Source: a bacterium (GTDB lineage: Bacteria; Bacillota_I; Bacilli_A; RF39; UBA660). Taken from it: 64,000 nucleotides of DNA. The stretch spans positions 15,093 through 79,092 of the forward strand of contig JAHZBE010000008.1 of assembly GCA_019423565.1 (NCBI GenBank). The letters run 5' to 3'. A program made the position numbers and the translations under genes. Shown here in pieces: positions 56,913-64,000 of this stretch. A model generated the notes under the pieces. The model had not been told where the DNA came from. It searched no databases and saw nothing but the letters and a program-made list of their open reading frames with translations. Within the stretch, counting starts at the first letter, position 1, and each line of letters starts with the position of its first letter.

Positions 56913-59144
56913 ATGAAAAAAACAGAATTATTGTCTCCAGCAGGTAACTTAGAAACATTAATGGTTGCAGTTCAAAATGGTGCGGACGCTATTTATATGG
57001 CAGGTAAGAAATTTGGTGCAAGAGCATTTTCAGAAAATTTTAATGATGATGAAATAATAGAGGCAATTAATTATTGCCATTTATATGGTGTTAAAATTTA
57101 TATAACTATTAATACAATTGTTTATGATGATGAAGTAGAAGACTTTATTAACTATGTAGATTTTATATATAAAAATGGAGTAGATGCTGTTATAATTCAA
57201 GACTTAGGTATGGCAGATTTAATACATAAAACATTTCCAAATTTAGAAATGCATGCTTCAACGCAGATGAATGTTCATAATATTAATGGACTTAAATTCT
57301 TAAAAGGAATTGGATTTAAAAGGGTAGTACTTGCTAGAGAAGTTCCTATAGAAACTATTAAAAAAATGAAAGAAGAGGTTGATATAGAACTTGAAGTGTT
57401 TGTTCATGGTGCTTTATGTATATCTTGTTCTGGAGAATGTTACTTTAGTTATTTTGAATGTAATAGAAGTGGTAATAGAGGAAAATGTGCCCAGGTTTGC
57501 AGACAACCATATACATTATTAAATGGTGATAAAAAGGTAGAATTAGGAGATAAATATTTACTTAGTCCAAAAGATTTATGTACTATAAATAATTTAGATG
57601 ATTTAATTAAAATAGGTGTAGATAGTTTCAAAATAGAAGGAAGAATGAAAAGTAAGGAATATGTTGGACTAGTTACTAGATGTTATAGAAATAAAATAGA
57701 TTATGATAAAGTAAGTGATGAAGATATTACTAATATGAAAAAGGTATTTAATAGAGGATTTACTTTAGGAAATTTATATAGTAAAAGAGCAAAAGAATTT
57801 ATTAATGGATTTAGACCTAATCATTTAGGTGTATTGATTGGTGAAGTAATTGATTATAAAAAAGGAAAAGTAAAAATAAAACTATCTGATTATATAAATC
57901 AAGGTGATGCAGTTAGATTTATTCAAAATAATGAAATAGGATTTTATTTAAATAGAATATATAAAAATGACTTACTTGTTAATGGCGCTAAAAAAGGTGA
58001 AATTGTAGAATTTGATTCAAAAGAAAAAATAAAAAAAGGAACTAAGGTTTATAAAACAATAGATATAAAATTAAATAATTATATAAATGAAACAAGTATT
58101 AATTTAAGAAAAGTATTAATAGATGGAGAATTTAAAGTACAAAATAATAAAATTATATTTACTGTTACAGATAAAGAAAATACAGAAAAAATTATTCTTA
58201 ATGATTCTGTTTTTAAAGCAAAAAATAAACCTACTTTAGAAAGTGATATAAAAGAAAAATTAAACAAACTTGGTAATGATATTTATGTATTTGATAATTT
58301 AAAAATAGATATTCCATCTGATATATTTATACCAATGACTACTATTAATAATCTTAGAAGAGATATTTTAAAAAAATTAACAGATGATAGAATTAGAGTA
58401 AAAAATAATTATCAAAAGAATAATGTGATATTAAATAAATCAGGAATAAAAATTACAAATGATATATTTTTTGAGGTACAAAATAAAGAACAATTAGAAT
58501 ATATTTTAGATAATACAGATTATAAGTGTTATGTAAATAATGTAGTACTATACTCACAATATAAAAATAATGATAGAGTAATTTTTAAAATGCCTAGAAT
58601 TAATAATTCAAATATGATAAAAGAAAACACTTTAATTTCAGAAATAGGTGAAATCACAAAAAATACTACTACTGATACATATTTTAATGTTGTTAATTCA
58701 TATTATGTAAATTTTCTTTATAATAAAGGTGTAAAAAAGGTAACACTTTCATATGAACTTACAATAGAAAATATCGAAAATCTTATCAAAAATTATAAGA
58801 ATAAATATAATGAAGAACCTAATTTGGAGGTAGTTATTTATGGAAAACCAGAACTTATGATAAGTAAGTATTGTCTTTTAAATACATATGTAAATAAAGA
58901 AAAAGTATGTAATGAGTGCGCTAAAGATTATTATTTAGTAGATAAATATAATAAAAAATTTCCTATTAGAAGCGAAAATTGTTATATGAAAATACTTAAT
59001 TATAAAGATATTAATTATTTAGATAAAATAGATAAGTTACAAAGTATTGGTGTTACTAATTATAAGGTAATACTTGATAGGGAAAACATAGGAGAAATAA
59101 AATTAATTATAAGTGCTTTAAAAATAAAAGAAAATATATTATAA
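56913..59144 (+). CDS. peptidase U32 family protein (long, fused form)
   Basis: ELLSPAGNLETLMVAVQNGADAIYMAGKKFGARAF..., Cys cluster CISCSGECYFS...GKCAQVCRQPY, and EGRMKS. Confidence 0.85.
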   Translation: MKKTELLSPAGNLETLMVAVQNGADAIYMAGKKFGARAFSENFNDDEIIEAINYCHLYGVKIYITINTIVYDDEVEDFINYVDFIYKNGVDAVIIQDLGMADLIHKTFPNLEMHASTQMNVHNINGLKFLKGIGFKRVVLAREVPIETIKKMKEEVDIELEVFVHGALCISCSGECYFSYFECNRSGNRGKCAQVCRQPYTLLNGDKKVELGDKYLLSPKDLCTINNLDDLIKIGVDSFKIEGRMKSKEYVGLVTRCYRNKIDYDKVSDEDITNMKKVFNRGFTLGNLYSKRAKEFINGFRPNHLGVLIGEVIDYKKGKVKIKLSDYINQGDAVRFIQNNEIGFYLNRIYKNDLLVNGAKKGEIVEFDSKEKIKKGTKVYKTIDIKLNNYINETSINLRKVLIDGEFKVQNNKIIFTVTDKENTEKIILNDSVFKAKNKPTLESDIKEKLNKLGNDIYVFDNLKIDIPSDIFIPMTTINNLRRDILKKLTDDRIRVKNNYQKNNVILNKSGIKITNDIFFEVQNKEQLEYILDNTDYKCYVNNVVLYSQYKNNDRVIFKMPRINNSNMIKENTLISEIGEITKNTTTDTYFNVVNSYYVNFLYNKGVKKVTLSYELTIENIENLIKNYKNKYNEEPNLEVVIYGKPELMISKYCLLNTYVNKEKVCNECAKDYYLVDKYNKKFPIRSENCYMKILNYKDINYLDKIDKLQSIGVTNYKVILDRENIGEIKLIISALKIKENIL

Positions 59145-59165
59145 TTTTATTAGAGGATGATATTT

Positions 59166-59576
59166 ATGAAAAGAAAAGGTTTTACTTTAATAGAGCTACT
59201 TGCAACTATTGTTATATTATCTATTATATCTGGTATAGTAGTTATTAATTATGCGGATGCATCAAGGAAAGAAAATGAAAAACAATATGATAAAATAGTT
59301 GAAGTAATAGAGGAAAATGCTAAAATTGTAGTTAATGACAATGTAGATTTATATAAGTCTATAAATGACAAAGCTGTAAATGTAACTGAAGGGGCTATTT
59401 GTAAATTTTCATATATAGAATTAGTTAACATGAAATTAATGGATGAAGATACTATTAATCCAAAAACAAATAAGACTATAAATGGTGATTCATACATTGT
59501 AGTTAATAAAAAAAATAATAAACTAAGTTATGAATTTTATTATGAAAATATTCCTGAAATTGAGGATTGCGAATAA
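59166..59576 (+). CDS. prepilin-type N-terminal cleavage/methylation domain protein (pilin/pseudopilin-like), 136 aa
   Basis: MKRKGFTLIELLATIVILSIISGIVV. The ATG at 59166 is preferred over the track start. Confidence 0.8.
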   Translation: MKRKGFTLIELLATIVILSIISGIVVINYADASRKENEKQYDKIVEVIEENAKIVVNDNVDLYKSINDKAVNVTEGAICKFSYIELVNMKLMDEDTINPKTNKTINGDSYIVVNKKNNKLSYEFYYENIPEIEDCE

Positions 59577-59644
59577 AATTAAGTTATTTTATTTAAGCGT
59601 GTAAGTTACTTTTTCATATATTATATGTGAGGAGGTAACTTTTT

Positions 59645-60229
59645 ATGTCTTGTCAAAATTTTGAAGAAATAAAGAAAAATCTAGAATTAAGTAAAAAAAT
59701 AAGAAAACTTGGAATTTGTTCAGTAGTTATTGGACCCACTGGTATGGCAGGTCCACGAGGAGAAATTGGGCCTACAGGACCAATAGGTCCTAGTGGAACA
59801 ACGCCACTTTCATCAAATGAGGGAATAGTTCATGCAAGTTTTCTTGAAAATGAAGATACTGGTGTTATGGAATTTGAGAATACTTGGTTTGTACCTAATC
59901 CATCAGAATATTTTAAATTATTAGATAATTCACATATAGAAGTTGAACCAGGTATTTATAAAATATCATTTTCTTGCTATATAACAGGTGTTGATGCTGA
60001 TCATGGTATAGAAGTTTATTTGATGGATGATACAGGAGCTGCTATTAAAGATTTTGACTATAAGTTAGAACAAGGTACGCTTAGTCAAATGAACTATTCA
60101 AGAGTAATACTATTCAGATTTGAAAAAACAACTATATTAAGTGTATCAGTGGTATTAATCGGTGATAAAGGTACATCTAATGTAAAAGTCTCAGATACAA
60201 ATTTAGTTTTAGAAAAAATACATGAATAA
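59645..60229 (+). CDS. collagen-like triple-helix repeat protein with BclA/C1q-like C-terminal domain (putative exosporium/spore-surface protein)
   Basis: Eight uninterrupted G-X-Y triplets (GPTGMAGPRGEIGPTGPIGPSGTT, nt 59732..59803), then a ~140-aa beta-rich domain. RBS GAGGAGG. Confidence 0.7.
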   Translation: MSCQNFEEIKKNLELSKKIRKLGICSVVIGPTGMAGPRGEIGPTGPIGPSGTTPLSSNEGIVHASFLENEDTGVMEFENTWFVPNPSEYFKLLDNSHIEVEPGIYKISFSCYITGVDADHGIEVYLMDDTGAAIKDFDYKLEQGTLSQMNYSRVILFRFEKTTILSVSVVLIGDKGTSNVKVSDTNLVLEKIHE

Positions 60230-60235
60230 AAAATT

Positions 60236-60268
60236 AAAGACAAATGCTTTTAAAATTTGTCTTTTTTT
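60236..60268 (+). terminator. rho-independent terminator
   Basis: AAAGACAAAT-(9 nt)-ATTTGTCTTT plus a T-run. Confidence 0.75.
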
Positions 60269-60319
60269 GTTATAATATTAATGCTTATTTCTTTAGTAAA
60301 AAAATGAAAGGAGAAAATA

Positions 60320-61966
60320 ATGAGTAAAATTAAAATTTTTAGTTTAGGTGGACTTAATGAAAGCGGAAAAAATATGTATGTTATTGATGTTGATAATGAC
60401 TTATTTATTTTTGATGCAGGACTTAAGTATGCTGATGATAAAATGCTTGGTGTTGATTATATAATACCTGATTTAAAGTTTTTGAAAGATAATTTAAAAA
60501 GAATAAAAGGTATTTTTATAACACATGCACATGAAAAATATATGGGTGCAGTAAGTGATATTGTTAAAAATATTCCTAGTATAAAAGTTTATGCAACTAA
60601 ATTTACTGTGGATATTCTAAAAAAAGAGTTTGAAGATAACAATATTAAATATAATAATTTACATTTAATAAGTGCTCATAAAAATATTAAATTTGGTAAA
60701 AATAGTATTTTTCCAGTTAGTTTAACACATTCAGTACCAGATACTGTTGGATATGTTTTAAATACATCTGATGGCGCTATTTGTTATACTGGTAACTTTG
60801 TATTTGATTCTAGTATGACTGGTTCATATAAAACAGATATTGGTAAACTTGCTTATATTGGTAAACAAGGAGTATTATGTCTTTTAAGTGAATCAGAATA
60901 TGCTGATAGACCAGGATATACAACACCAAATAATAGAATTGCGAGTGATGTAAGAGATGCACTTTTACATAACGAAGGTAGAATAATATTTACTGTATTT
61001 ACAAATCATATATCAAGACTTCAAGAATTATTTAATGAAGTAGCTAAAACTCATAGAAAAGTAGTAGTTATGGGAAAAAGAATGCAAACATTAATTAATT
61101 ATGTAATTGATGAAGGATATGTAAATTTTGATAAAGAACAAATTGGTAATTTAAATAATCTAAATGATAGAGATACAATTATATTAATATCTAATGAAAA
61201 CGAAAAACCATATGTAAATCTAGATAGAATTGTAAACGGATATGATAAATATGTTAAAATAAATCCTAGTGATACAATCTTTTTCCTAGAGCCTGTTCAA
61301 GTAGGTATGGAGAAAAAGGCTGCTAAAATAACAGATGAAATAAGCAAAATAGGAGCAAATGTTATAACATTATCAAGTAAGAATCATTTATTAAATCATG
61401 CATCACAAGAAGATTTAATGCTAATGCTTAACTTAATGAATCCAAAATATTATTTTCCAGTAATTGGTGAATATCGTCATCAAGTAGAAAATGCTAATAT
61501 AGCATCTAGTATAGGTATGGATAAAAATAATATAATACTTAAACTTAATGGTGAGGTTGCTACATTTGTAGATGGAAAATTAACAGAAGATAAAGAAATC
61601 GTTAAGATTGATGAATTATTAATAGATGGTAACTCAACTCAAGATATTGGTGAACTTGTACTTAAAGATAGAGAACTTTTAAGTGATAATGGTATAGTTA
61701 TAATATGTGCTACATTAAATAGAAAGACTAAAGAAATAGAAGCTGGACCAGAAATATTAACAAGAGGATTTATTTACGTAAAAGAAAATAATGAAATAAT
61801 TGAAAAAATGAAAGAAATTTCTCTTGAAGTTATTAATTCAAATATTAGTGATAACTATGTTGAATTTAATAAAATAAAAAATGGTATTCGTGAAGAATTA
61901 GGTAAATATTTATTTAGTGAAACAGAATGTAAACCAATGATAATTACAGTAATAACAGAGATATAG
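60320..61966 (+). CDS. ribonuclease J family protein with degenerate metal-binding motifs (RNase J2-like)
   Basis: 548 aa with the RNase J beta-lactamase/beta-CASP layout (KIFSLGGLNESGKNMYVI..., LTHSVPDT, NHASQEDL). HxHxDH is replaced by HAHEKY (60524..60541), and TGDF by TGNF. Confidence 0.8.
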   Translation: MSKIKIFSLGGLNESGKNMYVIDVDNDLFIFDAGLKYADDKMLGVDYIIPDLKFLKDNLKRIKGIFITHAHEKYMGAVSDIVKNIPSIKVYATKFTVDILKKEFEDNNIKYNNLHLISAHKNIKFGKNSIFPVSLTHSVPDTVGYVLNTSDGAICYTGNFVFDSSMTGSYKTDIGKLAYIGKQGVLCLLSESEYADRPGYTTPNNRIASDVRDALLHNEGRIIFTVFTNHISRLQELFNEVAKTHRKVVVMGKRMQTLINYVIDEGYVNFDKEQIGNLNNLNDRDTIILISNENEKPYVNLDRIVNGYDKYVKINPSDTIFFLEPVQVGMEKKAAKITDEISKIGANVITLSSKNHLLNHASQEDLMLMLNLMNPKYYFPVIGEYRHQVENANIASSIGMDKNNIILKLNGEVATFVDGKLTEDKEIVKIDELLIDGNSTQDIGELVLKDRELLSDNGIVIICATLNRKTKEIEAGPEILTRGFIYVKENNEIIEKMKEISLEVINSNISDNYVEFNKIKNGIREELGKYLFSETECKPMIITVITEI

Positions 61967-61993
61967 AAAAGTAATAAATGCTTTTCTATTTTT
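61964..61993 (+). terminator. rho-independent terminator
   Basis: TAGAAAAG-(9 nt)-CTTTTCTA followed by TTTTT. Confidence 0.7.
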
Positions 61994-62037
61994 CTTTTCT
62001 ATGATATAATTATTAAAGAGTAGATGAGGCGTATAAT

Positions 62038-64000
62038 ATGGCAAAAAAGAAGCAAAAGAAAAATCAAAACAAATCTGGTTTTAAATATCCAATAGAGATT
62101 AAAGGTATTATTTTTATCGTTATAGCAATTATTGGTTTTTTAGGATTTAAAGCAAATATTCTTGGAACTATTATTAAAGGATTTGCAATGTTTTTAATGG
62201 GATCATTTGATTTTATAGTTTTAGCATTTTTATTAATATTTGGTTCTTATATGCTTGTTAAAAGAGAAAATCCTAAGTATTTTTCATCTAGGATGATAGG
62301 AATATATATATTCTTAATTGGACTTTTATCACTTGCGCATTTAAATTATATAAATGAAAGTGATGGTTTTTTTGAAACAATGAAAAGTACTATTGATGAA
62401 GTAATTAAATGTATTAATACAAAGGTAAGCTTTGCAGGTGGTGGAGTAATAGGTGCATTCTTTATATCTATATTTAATATTTTACTTGGTAAAATGGGAA
62501 GCATTATAGTTATTAGTGTACTTATGCTTATTGGTGTTATTTTAGTTTCAGATTTATCAATTGGAGATGCAATTACTAATTTATTTAGTAAGTTTAAAAG
62601 AAAAGAAAAAAAATCTAAAGATAAAGAAGATGATGAATATGAGTATGAGGAAGAAGACTATGATGAAGAAACTGGTGAAGTAATAGATAAAAAAGCAAAA
62701 AGAAAAGAAGAAAAAGAAAAGTTAAAACTTGCTAAAGCAAAACGACTTTCTTATATAGAAGAGGATGACGAAGAAGAAAGAGAAGAAGTTATTTCTAAAA
62801 AACAAGAAGAAGAGAGAAAAGAAGAAACTCCTGCTTCTAATAAATATTTAAATTATGTACTTCCAGATCTTAGCATACTAGATGCTGGTGATAATAATTC
62901 TAAGAAAAAAGGTCAAGCAAAAAATGAAGCTTTGATTTTAGATAATGCTAAAAGACTAGATGGCGTACTTAGAGATTTTGGTATAACAGCAAAAGTAAAA
63001 ACTGCCCACGTTGGACCATCAATTACACAGTATGAATTAGAAGTTAAATCAGGGACAAAAATAAGTAAAATTAAAGCATTAAGTAGTGAGATTGCTCTTG
63101 CACTAGCAGCAACAGATGTAAGAATACAAGCACCTATTCCAGGTAAGAGTACTGTTGGTGTTGAATTACCTAATAAAATATCTACAGGTGTATCATTCTA
63201 TGAAATGATGCAAGAACTTTTAAAAGAAAATTCTGACAATAAACTTCGTGTTGCACTTGGTAAAGATATAATGGGACAACCTATATTTATGGATATTAAT
63301 AAGACACCACACCTTTTAATCGCAGGATCAACTGGTTCAGGTAAATCAGTATGTGTTAACTGTATTATAAGTTCAATACTTATGAGAGCTAAACCAGATG
63401 AAGTTAAATTAATAATGGTTGACCCTAAAAAGGTTGAACTTACTATGTATAACTGTATCCCACATTTATTAATGCCAGTTATAACAGATCCAAAAAAGGC
63501 ATCAGCAGCACTTCAAAAAGTTGTTGATGAAATGGAAAAAAGATATGAATTATTTAGTGATACAAAAACTAAAAATATAGAAGGTTATAATGCTAAATTA
63601 AGATCACAAAATGAATTATTACCTGTTGAATCACAAAAACCATTATTACCTTATATTGTAGTATTAATTGATGAACTTGCTGATTTAATGTTAGTTGCAT
63701 CAAAAGAAGTAGAACAATCAATAATGAGAATTACACAAATGGCTAGAGCTGCAGGTATACATTTAATAGTAGCAACTCAAAGACCATCAACAGATGTAAT
63801 TACAGGTGTTGTAAAAGCAAATATACCATCTCGTATATCATTTGCGGTATCATCTCAAATAGATTCAAGAACAATACTAGATCATCCTGGTGCTGAAAAA
63901 TTACTAGGTAAAGGTGATATGCTTTATGCACCAATGGGAGCAACTTCTCCAACAAGAATACAAGGAGCATTTATTTCAGAAGAAGATGTTGAAAAAATTG
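62038..64000 (+). CDS. ftsK: DNA translocase FtsK/SpoIIIE, N-terminal ~654 codons (runs off right edge)
   Basis: Hand translation gives [33 protein letters not shown]..., TM segments and a charged linker. Then [31 protein letters not shown], Walker A GSTGSGKS and DELADLM. Not in the track because no stop lies in the window. Confidence 0.9.
   Translation, partial: MAKKKQKKNQNKSGFKYPIEIKGIIFIVIAIIGFLGFKANILGTIIKGFAMFLMGSFDFIVLAFLLIFGSYMLVKRENPKYFSSRMIGIYIFLIGLLSLAHLNYINESDGFFETMKSTIDEVIKCINTKVSFAGGGVIGAFFISIFNILLGKMGSIIVISVLMLIGVILVSDLSIGDAITNLFSKFKRKEKKSKDKEDDEYEYEEEDYDEETGEVIDKKAKRKEEKEKLKLAKAKRLSYIEEDDEEEREEVISKKQEEERKEETPASNKYLNYVLPDLSILDAGDNNSKKKGQAKNEALILDNAKRLDGVLRDFGITAKVKTAHVGPSITQYELEVKSGTKISKIKALSSEIALALAATDVRIQAPIPGKSTVGVELPNKISTGVSFYEMMQELLKENSDNKLRVALGKDIMGQPIFMDINKTPHLLIAGSTGSGKSVCVNCIISSILMRAKPDEVKLIMVDPKKVELTMYNCIPHLLMPVITDPKKASAALQKVVDEMEKRYELFSDTKTKNIEGYNAKLRSQNELLPVESQKPLLPYIVVLIDELADLMLVASKEVEQSIMRITQMARAAGIHLIVATQRPSTDVITGVVKANIPSRISFAVSSQIDSRTILDHPGAEKLLGKGDMLYAPMGATSPTRIQGAFISEEDVEKI

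Noticed and set aside
1-64000. Search for CRISPR arrays, tRNA/rRNA genes, riboswitch or T-box leaders, and tandem DNA repeats.
   Set aside because: I saw no regularly spaced direct repeats, no cloverleaf-capable GC-rich ~75-nt segments and no rRNA-like conserved stretches. The only GC-enriched non-coding segments are the rpsJ and rpsD leaders and parts of the IS. Visual inspection cannot fully exclude small ncRNAs.

Overview
Very AT-rich chromosomal segment, roughly three-quarters A+T by eye (not computed), from an endospore-forming member of the Bacillota. EzrA, ScpAB, YtxG/YtxH-like proteins and alMGS/CpoA-type glycolipid synthases sit alongside Spo0A, a sigF-like sigma and SpoVAC/D/E. That mix looks more Bacilli/Erysipelotrichia-like than Clostridia-like, which is inference only. 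No rRNA, tRNA or CRISPR array was recognised.

Layout:
- 1-6.3 kb: S10/spc ribosomal-protein operon on the minus strand, with its promoter and a relatively GC-rich leader.
- 6.4-9.7 kb: prepilin-like gene, WG-repeat protein and sortase.
- 9.8-15.5 kb: housekeeping genes (gpmI, trmB, scpAB) plus an unannotated Cse60-like small ORF.
- 15.6-21.9 kb: two tandem MraZ-like paralogues and a run of unrecognised membrane or tail-anchored proteins.
- 23.4-26.2 kb: sporulation block of a STAS protein, a sigF-like sigma and spoVAC/D/E, with no spoIIAB.
- 27-29.5 kb: P-type Ca-ATPase.
- 29.7-31.9 kb: three-gene membrane operon with an XRE-VanZ fusion.
- 31.9-40.6 kb: decayed accessory island. It holds a beta-helix/WxL-like gene with an in-frame TAA, a divergent pair of unknown ~415-aa paralogues, an ABC-exporter remnant, a GNAT gene and an integrase remnant. 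An IS3-family element sits at the exact centre of a long palindrome.
- 40.7-47.5 kb: envelope and glycolipid genes with an orphan pgk.
- 47.7 kb onward: spo0A with 0A boxes, then rpsD, ezrA, a U32 peptidase, a second prepilin-like gene, a BclA-like collagen protein, an RNase J paralogue with degenerate metal motifs, and the 5' part of ftsK/spoIIIE.

I could not identify one clear-cut novel system. The best candidates for follow-up are the spoIIAB-less sigF module, the divergent paralogue pair in the island, the tandem MraZ-like genes, and the 17-22 kb cluster of unknown membrane-associated proteins.
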